Virus record (IMG/VR): IMGVR_UViG_3300025723_001431
Coordinates: 1 to 40,435 of that record
Strand: one strand, 5' to 3'
Source of the DNA: a virus
Taxonomy: Duplodnaviria > Caudoviricetes
DNA length: 40,435 nt
A model generated the notes under the pieces. The model was given only the letters and a program-made list of their open reading frames with translations, did no database searches and was not told where the DNA came from. Position 1 is the stretch's first letter. Each line of letters starts with the position of its first letter. Of this stretch, positions 16,261 through 24,973 are shown in pieces. Both the position numbers and the translations under genes were made by a program.

Positions 16261-16862
16261 TTGTTATTCTTCTGTTGTTCTGTTACCCAATATTGTAATA
16301 AATCTAATTGATTCTTTACTTCGTGGTATTTATTGTAGTTTTCGATAACGGTTGTTTCAACGGAACTAAGGTTAACTCCGGAGCCGGATTCATCAATTGA
16401 CTTGGCGGGATCGGGAAGGTTGTTTTTTGCGGCAGAGTTGAGCAACTCGATAGTAGAATTGTGCAAATTACAATCGCTGTCATTTTTAGTGCTAACATAT
16501 TTAATAATCTCATCGCCCTTCTCCTTAATAATTTTATCTCTATAAACATACTTAATCTCTATTTGATTGGTTATGTCTTTTGAATTTTCGTTTATTTGTG
16601 CAATTTCTGCGTTTTTCTTTTCTAATTGTTTTTTAAATTCGGTATCACTAAATGATACTCCTAGTAAAAATATACTAACTACCATCAAAATAATACCCAC
16701 GATTCTAACCAAAGCTGGTGTCAAATAACTGGATGTTATAACCTGCGCAATTCTTATTGTAGCTAACTCAGAAAAAATATACAACACTATACCTATTGAA
16801 AATGTTAGGTATATGAAAAATGTGGGTATGTAATTAAACAACCAGAGTAGTATTGTCATCAT
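16257..16862 (-). CDS. Rz-like inner-membrane spanin
   Basis: N-terminal TM segments, coiled coil, IEIKYVYRDKIIKEKGDEIIKYV, a single Cys; contains a nested lipoprotein gene. Confidence 0.7.
   Translation of the reverse strand: MMTILLWLFNYIPTFFIYLTFSIGIVLYIFSELATIRIAQVITSSYLTPALVRIVGIILMVVSIFLLGVSFSDTEFKKQLEKKNAEIAQINENSKDITNQIEIKYVYRDKIIKEKGDEIIKYVSTKNDSDCNLHNSTIELLNSAAKNNLPDPAKSIDESGSGVNLSSVETTVIENYNKYHEVKNQLDLLQYWVTEQQKNNK
16316..16513 (-). CDS. Rz1-like outer-membrane lipoprotein spanin nested in another frame of Rz
   Basis: AAGGAG SD, signal peptide with lipobox LLSS-C, Pro-rich mature part FPIPPSQLMNPAPEL. Confidence 0.8.
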   Translation of the reverse strand: MRLLNMLALKMTAIVICTILLSSCSTLPQKTTFPIPPSQLMNPAPELTLVPLKQPLSKTTINTTK

Positions 16863-17464
16863 AATATTAATTTAGCCTTTTCGTAATACATTTTTCTACT
16901 ATCCAATCCAAGATAACCAGTATTAATCTTATGTGTCATACCTTCAATGTCATCAGCATCACATTCTTTATTAATATTGTTTCTTTTCCAATAAAAACAG
17001 GCCGACTCGATTGCACCGGCTAAAGTTTCACAATAAGCAACTGTTTTATCTAATGGTAATCCCATGTAGTCAGCATATGCTTTATAATTATCATGAAAGG
17101 TGGTTTGTATGGCACCACGGCCACGATACAACCATCCATCTCCACTTGTTTCTACTCCATTACCACCTCTGTTTGCATAAACATGATTTGCAATTTTTTC
17201 TGGTTGGTGTGCATATTGATTTGCAACTACTATACTAAGAAAATAATGTGGCCAAGTTTTCATTAAACTTTGTGGACCATAATTTAAATTTTCTTTTAGT
17301 ACTGTAAACTCAACCGATTCAACTGCACATTGTGCTAAAAATCCAGCAATACGATTCTTTGTATTAATCTCATACTTAGGCAGTAACCCATTTAACGTTT
17401 CACATAACATATTTAAATTTGTATTATGTGGTAGTATCGATTGAAGTTGTTCTACTGTTATCAT
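16859..17464 (-). CDS. Glycoside hydrolase family 19 endolysin
   Basis: RIAGFLAQCAVES, LKENLNY, YANRGGNG..SGDGWLYRGRGAIQTT, SACFYW, THKINTG..GLDSR. Confidence 0.92.
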   Translation of the reverse strand: MITVEQLQSILPHNTNLNMLCETLNGLLPKYEINTKNRIAGFLAQCAVESVEFTVLKENLNYGPQSLMKTWPHYFLSIVVANQYAHQPEKIANHVYANRGGNGVETSGDGWLYRGRGAIQTTFHDNYKAYADYMGLPLDKTVAYCETLAGAIESACFYWKRNNINKECDADDIEGMTHKINTGYLGLDSRKMYYEKAKLIL

Positions 17465-17675
17465 TTTTTTCTATCTTAATCCAACCATCATCTGAAAATT
17501 CAAAAGTTCTGCGATTCTTTACGCTAACATATATGTTATGGAACTCTACTCTAATCCAATCAGCAAGAGATACATTGTCTAAACCTTGTACTCTTAAAAA
17601 TAACACATTTGCTGCTTCTACCACTTCTGCTTCTAAACCAAATTTCTCTTTAATTCTTTTTTGTATGTCAATCAC
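17424..17675 (-). CDS. Hypothetical protein (83 aa)
   Basis: GTGA overlap with upstream gene. Confidence 0.6.
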   Translation of the reverse strand: MIDIQKRIKEKFGLEAEVVEAANVLFLRVQGLDNVSLADWIRVEFHNIYVSVKNRRTFEFSDDGWIKIEKNDNSRTTSIDTTT

Positions 17676-17896
17676 TTAGGTGCCTTACGAGTAGCCATTC
17701 CCATTAGAATTGGACTACGTTTCTTTTTTCTATTGACAGCAGTAGCACTTGCTGGATCAGTAGAACTTTGTGCACCAGTTACATTAGTTGGTCCAGCAGA
17801 ACCACCACCTACAGCACCAGCACCCATTTCATTAATGGAGGTTTCACCTACCGAACCGGCAAGCACGTCTACTAAGTATTCTTTAAATGATTTCAT
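17672..17896 (-). CDS. Small putative internal virion protein
   Basis: MKSFKEYL N-terminus, SINE-M site, Gly/Ala-rich middle, basic tail. Confidence 0.7.
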   Translation of the reverse strand: MKSFKEYLVDVLAGSVGETSINEMGAGAVGGGSAGPTNVTGAQSSTDPASATAVNRKKKRSPILMGMATRKAPK

Positions 17897-18288
17897 ATCT
17901 TCCTTAATATCTCTGCAATATTCATATCAACTGGTATGTTAGATGTATGAATGTTTTTTCCGTTGATGCCATATATCATTTCTGGTAATATATTTAAATA
18001 TAATAGAACTGTTTTTAATATGTCGTAATCACGTTCATCTATTCTATAAAATAATATTCTTGCAGTCACTTCCGGACCAAAAACATTATTTAATAAAATT
18101 ACATGGTTTAATATCAATCGTTCTTTAAGAATTTTACTAATCTTATATCTACGAAATAACCTTTTCAGGTATTTGGTTCTTTTGATATCACCTTCAAATT
18201 CAGACATTACGCAATTTGGTGAACTATAACACTTCATTGCGTACATCATAAAATTATCTTCATTCAATTCTTCAAACATTATTATCAT
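17893..18288 (-). CDS. Conserved T4-like hypothetical protein
   Basis: FEELNEDNFMMYAMK.Y..P.C..EF..D.KR.KYLKRLF..LKERLILNH motif of T4-like phages. Confidence 0.8.
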   Translation of the reverse strand: MIIMFEELNEDNFMMYAMKCYSSPNCVMSEFEGDIKRTKYLKRLFRRYKISKILKERLILNHVILLNNVFGPEVTARILFYRIDERDYDILKTVLLYLNILPEMIYGINGKNIHTSNIPVDMNIAEILRKI

Positions 18289-18290
18289 TC

Positions 18291-18303
18291 TTTACTTACT
18301 TAT
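18291..18303 (-). promoter_or_regulatory. Possible variant late promoter ATAAGTA-AGTAAA
   Basis: One mismatch to ATAAATA-AGTAAA at 27651-27663; just upstream of a start codon. Confidence 0.35.
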
Positions 18304-18791
18304 GGTTGTCGTGGATCTAGCTCACCTTCAGGTCCTTCAAAATCAATATTGCCTTCATCGTCTTTTAATATTGCATCTAATTCTTCTTCATCCACTATAC
18401 AAGCGTAGGTTTCATAGAAACCACTTTCACTAATACCATAATTATAATACAAGTAATATTCTGTTTCATCACCATGGTTAGGTGAAGTTACGTTACCATT
18501 CAATTCTGCACCCCAACGAGCACCAAACTGATCTAACGCTACAACTTCTTCACCTTCCGATTCATCATCAAAAATGACCTTTGGTAAAAAAATACTATAC
18601 ATTTCTAATATTCTACTAACTTTCATCCAACCACCATATGGATTAACCCATTGTCGAGAAAGTTCAGCCGCAATATTACGATTAATCTCATTGCGTGTTG
18701 ATTCTTTGGCCAAATCGACCTTATCCTTGGAGATGGATACAACAGGAACATTGTATCCACCCTCGGAGATAAATTCACCAAATTTTAACAT
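18300..18791 (-). CDS. Putative internal virion protein (163 aa)
   Basis: MLKFGEFISE N-terminus resembles the T4 capsid-targeting sequence. Confidence 0.7.
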   Translation of the reverse strand: MLKFGEFISEGGYNVPVVSISKDKVDLAKESTRNEINRNIAAELSRQWVNPYGGWMKVSRILEMYSIFLPKVIFDDESEGEEVVALDQFGARWGAELNGNVTSPNHGDETEYYLYYNYGISESGFYETYACIVDEEELDAILKDDEGNIDFEGPEGELDPRQP

Positions 18792-19414
18792 TAAAGACCG
18801 TTTACAATAGAACCAAAACTTGTGTTACCGGAACTTACGTTAGAAGCTATAGGATTACCTAAGCAAACTAATGTTTCTTTGAGGTAACGAACGGTGCCAT
18901 CATTGTTTGTTTTCTTTTGAATGTGAACCCAACCAGCAGCGAGATCACCTACAGGTGCAACTGAACTATTAGCATTTGCAGCACGAGTTCCGGTTACCAA
19001 AATAGTATCTTGATTATAGGTATTTGCATAAGCGGTTGCACCATAATTAATTGCTTTATCAAACTCAACACCAAAACCAACTGATACTGTATTAAATAAA
19101 TTGGTTGACAATGTTATAGTATTACCGCTTATAGTAGAAACTTGAGTGTTGGATGCAAAGAATCCTGGATATCCATTACCTGCTGTGCCACCAGGAACTG
19201 CAAATCCACCGGACATGAAATAAATATATTGTCCTACAGCAACACCAACGTTAGCTACGTTATTTTGAGCTCCATCGTTGTATACTACGGAAATTACATT
19301 GTTGCCTGCTGTGTTACCTGTACCAACGTAAAGTTGTACTACTTCTCTTGTTTGACGTTCCATATTACATTTTGGTTTAGAATTTGGTGCATCCGTATTT
19401 GACCATGCTGGCAT
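18791..19414 (-). CDS. Putative virion structural protein
   Basis: MPAWSNTD start, Gly/Asn/Thr beta-rich, AGWVH..DGTVRYLKETLV motif; AAGGAG SD. Confidence 0.7.
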   Translation of the reverse strand: MPAWSNTDAPNSKPKCNMERQTREVVQLYVGTGNTAGNNVISVVYNDGAQNNVANVGVAVGQYIYFMSGGFAVPGGTAGNGYPGFFASNTQVSTISGNTITLSTNLFNTVSVGFGVEFDKAINYGATAYANTYNQDTILVTGTRAANANSSVAPVGDLAAGWVHIQKKTNNDGTVRYLKETLVCLGNPIASNVSSGNTSFGSIVNGL

Positions 19415-19447
19415 TTTTTTCTCCTTAATTAGCCTTGGTTATCTTTA

Positions 19448-19455
19448 TATTTATC
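19448..19455 (-). promoter_or_regulatory. Probable late promoter GATAAATA
   Basis: Intergenic, 7/8 match to TATAAATA, about 34 nt upstream of the structural gene. Confidence 0.55.
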
Positions 19456-20742
19456 TTATTTCTTTTCTGCTTTATTACTGTCTTTTTTGTCGTCCTTCTT
19501 ATCATCCTTCTTTTTGAAAGGATCAGGTTGACCTGGACGCAATCTCATCATAGGATCAATTTCTACATCATCCCGTTTTTCACCAGTTAGTGTTGTTCCG
19601 CCGGTCATAACTGCTGCGGCATTAGGTTTATTCTCACCAGCACTATCTTTTTCATCTGCTTTGTCGAACTTAGGTTTCTTACCATAAGTTGCAACCGATT
19701 TATCTTCCTTTTCATGGTCGACCAAATCTTCTTTGACCATTCTTTTACTTTTATACAATGCCTTAATCATACGAGCAGATTTAGACAATTGACGGGTTCT
19801 TTCTGAAATGCTAGGATCAGTATCAGGAACCTTGGCAATTGCAGCTTGTGGATCCATAACATCTTCGTTTTTCACTATAGGTTCATTACCCATACGGAAT
19901 GGTTTCTTTTGTTTAGGAACTTCTAAACCGGATTTAGTTTTAGTGAAGTCATATTTGGCGGCTTTCTTTTGTAAATCCGTCATTTCAGATCCTTCTCTAT
20001 TCAAATGTTTCTGTAAACGGTCGATAGCAGAAGTCATGCCCTCACCACTTTTAGATTGTTGTTTCTCAATATCATCATGCTTCTTTTTTCTCATAGCTTG
20101 GTCATAAGCAAAGGTACCTTTTGGTGCTGGATTAAACATACCAGAGAACTTTTTCTTACCGCCTTCTTTTGGTGATTCACTCATTTGTACTGATTCTGGC
20201 GTCAAATGTCCCGTTTGTGAACCCTCTTTTTTGATAGGAGTTTGAGTGTGTACGGGTTTAACTATATTAAACTTTGCGGCCTTATCCAATTCACCTTGGC
20301 GAACTGCTGTAGGTGAGTGTGCTTGTTTGGAACGAGTATCACCATCCGATTTATCTTTAGTGATATCTTCATTCACATGATGTTGCTTCCACACAATGAA
20401 TTGTTGGGATTTAGCATAAGCCACTTTTTGATTTGTTGGAAGTGTACTGGGATTAATACCTCTTGACATGAGATATTTGTCCAACATAGCACTTTCATTT
20501 AAATTATCTTCAAACATATGATTCTTTTTCCAAGTTTTAAATTCATTTGATTTAGCATGAGATATTTTAGTGTCCCTAGAAACAAACTTAGGATTAATAC
20601 CCCTAGAAGAAAGGTAAGTACTCAAAGAACCATCTTCGGAAACCTGACTCTTTGCAGAATACTGTCCTAATTGGCCAGCGTCCACATTAGCGGACTTTGC
20701 TGGCTCAGGATTCTTTTTAACGATATCTTTAAATTTTTTCAT
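19456..20742 (-). CDS. Modular charged putative internal head protein (428 aa)
   Basis: MKKFKDI start, two 39-aa repeats, many Glu-ending linkers. Confidence 0.75.
   Translation of the reverse strand: MKKFKDIVKKNPEPAKSANVDAGQLGQYSAKSQVSEDGSLSTYLSSRGINPKFVSRDTKISHAKSNEFKTWKKNHMFEDNLNESAMLDKYLMSRGINPSTLPTNQKVAYAKSQQFIVWKQHHVNEDITKDKSDGDTRSKQAHSPTAVRQGELDKAAKFNIVKPVHTQTPIKKEGSQTGHLTPESVQMSESPKEGGKKKFSGMFNPAPKGTFAYDQAMRKKKHDDIEKQQSKSGEGMTSAIDRLQKHLNREGSEMTDLQKKAAKYDFTKTKSGLEVPKQKKPFRMGNEPIVKNEDVMDPQAAIAKVPDTDPSISERTRQLSKSARMIKALYKSKRMVKEDLVDHEKEDKSVATYGKKPKFDKADEKDSAGENKPNAAAVMTGGTTLTGEKRDDVEIDPMMRLRPGQPDPFKKKDDKKDDKKDSNKAEKK
20368..20625 (-). repeat. Two ~39-aa repeats (L..YL.SRGINP......K...AKS..F..WK..H..E), 47-aa period
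   Basis: aa 40-78 vs aa 87-125 of the 428-aa ORF. Confidence 0.85.
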
Positions 20743-20747
20743 GGTTT

Positions 20748-23039
20748 TTATTTGTTTTTACCTAAATCACTCTTAATTTTCTTGAATGATTGACGAGCTA
20801 AATCTTTTGCACGACTCATTGGTGTGTGAACTGCACCAGATTTATCGGTAACATCTTTCTTTTGCTTTTCCCAACCAGGAGTACCAGCAATTACTTTTTC
20901 TTCAACTGGTTCAACTTCTTCTTTCAATGAAGATAAATGTTTATTCAAATCATGGAATTGGCCATGAGCAACCAAATCACCCTTAGGACGGCCAAGGTAA
21001 TCTTGGTCAGGATGATGCATCCATTCACCATAACGGTCTACACTAACGATACCATGTTTTGGATGTGTAACTTTTGTATGGTGATAATGTTGACTAACAC
21101 TCCAACCTTGCTTTTTAGCGTGAGCAAAATCATCTTCATTAAGGTGTTCAACTTCTTCATTAGATGTTACCAAACCGCCAGGAATATGTTTATTTCTAAA
21201 GTCGGTTACTTCCTTGTCCCGCATCTTATATTGTTTACTGCGGATACTTTTTAATTCTCCACGAACTTCTTCGCTTTTGAGTTGTTTGTCATCGGAGAAA
21301 TAAGTTTGTGGGGGAGTTGCCAAATTGTCATCAAGCTTGATATCAACTGGACCTGGATTAGTAGAAATCTTTTGCTTTTCTTTTGTATCAGCACCTTTGT
21401 CAACTTCGTTTGGAATTGATTCTTCACCAGAAGTTACTAAATTTACTTTGAAGTTTTTGAAGGCATTTAATTTTCCGCCTTCAACACGACCTTTTAACAT
21501 ATCTGTTGTGGTTTTGTGTCCATTTTTATCTTGGATAACTTCAATTTCTTCATTACGAGCCTTAGCAAGGTTATCTTTGTGTGAAATAGAATCTTTAGGG
21601 GCAGACTTAACATCTTTCATTGACAATGGCTTATCGCCACGCATTTTGCGTAAGAAAGCGGGAACATCGGACTTCTTAACTTCTTCACCATAAACTTCAT
21701 GAGATACTCCACAAGCTTTCATAAACTTGTGATGGTCAAAACGTGGATTTTGTTGAGCAAAAATGGCAGCATGATGGCCAGCTAATTCTTTGCGCTTATC
21801 GTGACTATCATTTGCACGGATTAAATCAGCAACCATTTGAAAGTCTTTACGAGTTGCGGCTTCATCCAATTCAACTTCTTCTTTAAGTTTATTAGCAAAA
21901 TATTTTCGTGCTTCCGGTTCGTGTTCTGCAGCAGCAGCGGCAATCATTTTTTCTTGGTCGGGATGGCCAAACCAATCGTTATATTTTACACCTATAGCAT
22001 TACTTGCACGGTGATGTAATTTTCCAGCGGAAACATGAAAGTGTAAGTTTCCAACTGTTTTACCTTTATTTTTAATTGGAAAATCTTTAGTTTCTGCAGC
22101 TGCACGGCCTAATTTATACGTTGAGGCTTCTTCTAATTGGTCAAATTCTTCATTTTTGTTTTTATAAGCGGCCGCAGTTCTTTTCATACTATTTACTCTT
22201 TTTGCAGTATGGGGAATAACTTTTTTGCCAAATAATGATTTTACGCCATCATAAGCTTTGCTTGCAAGATATCCTCCAGCAACGCCAACAGCTGTCATAG
22301 TAATAGGATCCATTTCGTCTAAAGGTTCAACATCTTCTTTAAATTCTTCACCTTCCCACTCATCAGAAGAATCTTCTTTCATGGCTTGCTTAGTAGCAGT
22401 AGCATACATAACATTCTTCCAATTCTTACCATAGCGTTGTTTCAGTCCAGCTTCATCACCTTTCATGGACATTACAATCTTTTCACGCTTGGCTTTCTGC
22501 TTGTCAGACATTTCTTCTTCACCAAGATTATTGTCGGTGAAGATTTCTTCTGTACCAGTTGCTTTGTTCTCGGTAATTGAAGCTTTGAGTTTATCAGCAA
22601 AAGTCATTTCTTCTGGATGATATTTCATACCAGCAGTAGCACTCTTTTTAATGGATCCATCTGGATTTCTTTTGGTCTTAGCCGATTTATCTAAAGTGTA
22701 ATGTGCAGTAGAAACTTTACCACCACCTTTAATGAATTGATCAACTGCACCAGATTTTACTGAACCATCTGGATTTCTTTTTGTTGTATGTGTTGTTTCA
22801 TCTAAGTCGGTATCTTCTTTTTTCAAACAAGATTTATCAACCATCTTCTTGATGAGTTTCTTATCTTCCACCTCATCATCATGAACAGCAACCTTTTCAT
22901 CAGATTCACCTAAAATTTGTGGTGCAAACGGATTCTTTGGTTGCTCAACTGGTTGTGGCTTAACTTCTTGTGGTGTTTCACCAAGAACTTTATTGACTGC
23001 ATCAATCATTGATTGTGATACTGGGTTATTTGAAAACAT
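20748..23039 (-). CDS. Large modular putative internal head polyprotein (763 aa)
   Basis: Short modules separated by EEVELDE-type linkers; GGAG SD. Confidence 0.75.
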   Translation of the reverse strand: MFSNNPVSQSMIDAVNKVLGETPQEVKPQPVEQPKNPFAPQILGESDEKVAVHDDEVEDKKLIKKMVDKSCLKKEDTDLDETTHTTKRNPDGSVKSGAVDQFIKGGGKVSTAHYTLDKSAKTKRNPDGSIKKSATAGMKYHPEEMTFADKLKASITENKATGTEEIFTDNNLGEEEMSDKQKAKREKIVMSMKGDEAGLKQRYGKNWKNVMYATATKQAMKEDSSDEWEGEEFKEDVEPLDEMDPITMTAVGVAGGYLASKAYDGVKSLFGKKVIPHTAKRVNSMKRTAAAYKNKNEEFDQLEEASTYKLGRAAAETKDFPIKNKGKTVGNLHFHVSAGKLHHRASNAIGVKYNDWFGHPDQEKMIAAAAAEHEPEARKYFANKLKEEVELDEAATRKDFQMVADLIRANDSHDKRKELAGHHAAIFAQQNPRFDHHKFMKACGVSHEVYGEEVKKSDVPAFLRKMRGDKPLSMKDVKSAPKDSISHKDNLAKARNEEIEVIQDKNGHKTTTDMLKGRVEGGKLNAFKNFKVNLVTSGEESIPNEVDKGADTKEKQKISTNPGPVDIKLDDNLATPPQTYFSDDKQLKSEEVRGELKSIRSKQYKMRDKEVTDFRNKHIPGGLVTSNEEVEHLNEDDFAHAKKQGWSVSQHYHHTKVTHPKHGIVSVDRYGEWMHHPDQDYLGRPKGDLVAHGQFHDLNKHLSSLKEEVEPVEEKVIAGTPGWEKQKKDVTDKSGAVHTPMSRAKDLARQSFKKIKSDLGKNK
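22657..22781 (-). repeat. 17-bp direct repeat CCATCTGGATTTCTTTT (TKRNPDGS x2), 108-nt period
   Basis: Copies at 22657-22673 and 22765-22781. Confidence 0.8.
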
Positions 23040-23050
23040 TTTATTCTCCG

Positions 23051-24973
23051 TTATCCTACTGGTTTCTTTTTCTTTTTTATTTCAACACCGATTAAATTAC
23101 CTTTATTGTCACCCATTGGTTCTTTATTAGTGGATCCTCCGAGAACACCACCGACACCCATCGAACCTGATTCGGCTGGGGAGTCGATAGATTCTTTCTT
23201 AATCTTGTTTCTAAAATACTTAAAATCTGCTATTTTTGGAGTAAAATTTCCACTCAAAGGATTAGGTGATAACGCACTACTTCCTGGCATTGCTGCACTA
23301 GAAGGTTGTGCATTACTATATTCTTGACTTTCACCCATTGCTTGTCCTAGACCAGCACCTGCTGCAGCACCTTGGCCACCGGCACGGGTATCAAAACTCT
23401 GTCCTACTCCATCCGGTCTTGCAACACGACCAGCACTTAAAGATGTGTTACCACGCTTCTTTACTTTTTCTTTGTCGTTGTCTTTTTGGAAGTTGGGTTC
23501 TTTTGGGATTGGACTGATTTTGAGCGTTGGTGCACTTTCTTGATAAGCACCTGACCAGGCACCTCCGGTAACACCTTGTTTTCCGTTGGGGTCTTTTCTT
23601 GGTCCTGTGTTGCCTTTAATTTGGTCTTGGTTTCCGACAAGGGAACCGGAGTTATCTGGGGAGATATCGGCTGGGCCTTTGGCGTTGAGGCCTGAATTGT
23701 ATCTACCGATGGTTTTGATATGAACAGGCTTCGAATTAGTTTTAACATTGTTTTCCTTAAATAGTGAGGTAATTCTTTCATTAATGTCCACTTTATTATT
23801 TCTAGTGAACCAGTCATCCGCAATTTCATTGATTACTGTTGAATCTAAGAAAAGTTTGGTTGTTAGATATATCTCTGTAATATCTTCTTCTTTTGTTTCT
23901 ATTTTATCAGTATTATCAAACTCGATAAAATTGATAAACGATTCATTGAAATATTTAGTGTTTCCTTGTGCTTTCAACCACTTATCTTGGCGGATTGATT
24001 CGGTCATCATTCTGGTCAACATAGAATTACGTTCTTGGCTGGCTTCATTTGTGGTGTTCACAAAGATCATCAAGGTTTCGTAACCAAGTTCTTCTAATTC
24101 TTCTTTGATATAACCAATACGGTTATTATCGTCAGCTGGACCATTAATAATGAGTGGACCACGGGTCCTGATACCTTCTTTGCGGAAATCATTGGATTTC
24201 TCTGATAATTTCTGTTTATCCGCCAAATACTCACAGGCCTGTACTAGGTTGAGTTCAACAATCTTAGATTCAGCAATGGCTTCACGGATGATAATATCTT
24301 TACCTGAACCAGGTCCACCAGTTACAAAGATGGCTCTAAACTGACCACGGTCCACGGATTCATTTAATCCCATACCATTGCGAACATCTTTCAGTAATTC
24401 TCTTGCATGGTTGTCTGGAACGTGAGATGGAACACCAGGTCTAAAGGAATGAAAGTTATTGTGTTTTGCATGTTCTCTCATTTTGGTACCAGACATACCT
24501 TCTTCACCTTCAGCATCCGGATCACGATGACCAGCAGAAACGACATCAATCTTTTTGAAATTGTAATATCCGTGGCGGCCGTGTACCCCGTTATATCGGT
24601 TTAATAACTCGTGCATCTCTTTAACTCGGTCGGAACCTGCAACATAGACCACATGGTCATGTCCCGCTGCATGTAGTCGAGCTAAATGGTGAAGAATAGT
24701 TGGCCTATCTTTTGAAGAAGATTCAAAATGAGTACCTGGAGAATATCTTCGGAGATGTTTTAACTTTTGTGCTGGTGATAATGGATTTTTTTTGCTGTCT
24801 TGTGAATGTGAAGTTATGACAACATGCTTTGCTTGACGTTTTTCGGCTTCAGCACGAACCTTGTCAATTAATTTTAAGTGACCAGTAGTGGGAGGATTCA
24901 TGCGACCAAAAGCAACTACGACAGGTTTATGTGTAGCTTCTTTTTCTTCAATTAGTTGTAAGAATGTTTTCAT
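23051..24973 (-). CDS. HxGH nucleotidyltransferase (cytidylyl/adenylyltransferase-like) fused to P-loop kinase-like domain and low-complexity tail
   Basis: FGRMNPPTTGH, AGSDR, MSGTKMR; then FVTGGPGSGKD Walker A; MKTFLQLIEE start. Confidence 0.85.
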   Translation of the reverse strand: MKTFLQLIEEKEATHKPVVVAFGRMNPPTTGHLKLIDKVRAEAEKRQAKHVVITSHSQDSKKNPLSPAQKLKHLRRYSPGTHFESSSKDRPTILHHLARLHAAGHDHVVYVAGSDRVKEMHELLNRYNGVHGRHGYYNFKKIDVVSAGHRDPDAEGEEGMSGTKMREHAKHNNFHSFRPGVPSHVPDNHARELLKDVRNGMGLNESVDRGQFRAIFVTGGPGSGKDIIIREAIAESKIVELNLVQACEYLADKQKLSEKSNDFRKEGIRTRGPLIINGPADDNNRIGYIKEELEELGYETLMIFVNTTNEASQERNSMLTRMMTESIRQDKWLKAQGNTKYFNESFINFIEFDNTDKIETKEEDITEIYLTTKLFLDSTVINEIADDWFTRNNKVDINERITSLFKENNVKTNSKPVHIKTIGRYNSGLNAKGPADISPDNSGSLVGNQDQIKGNTGPRKDPNGKQGVTGGAWSGAYQESAPTLKISPIPKEPNFQKDNDKEKVKKRGNTSLSAGRVARPDGVGQSFDTRAGGQGAAAGAGLGQAMGESQEYSNAQPSSAAMPGSSALSPNPLSGNFTPKIADFKYFRNKIKKESIDSPAESGSMGVGGVLGGSTNKEPMGDNKGNLIGVEIKKKKKPVG

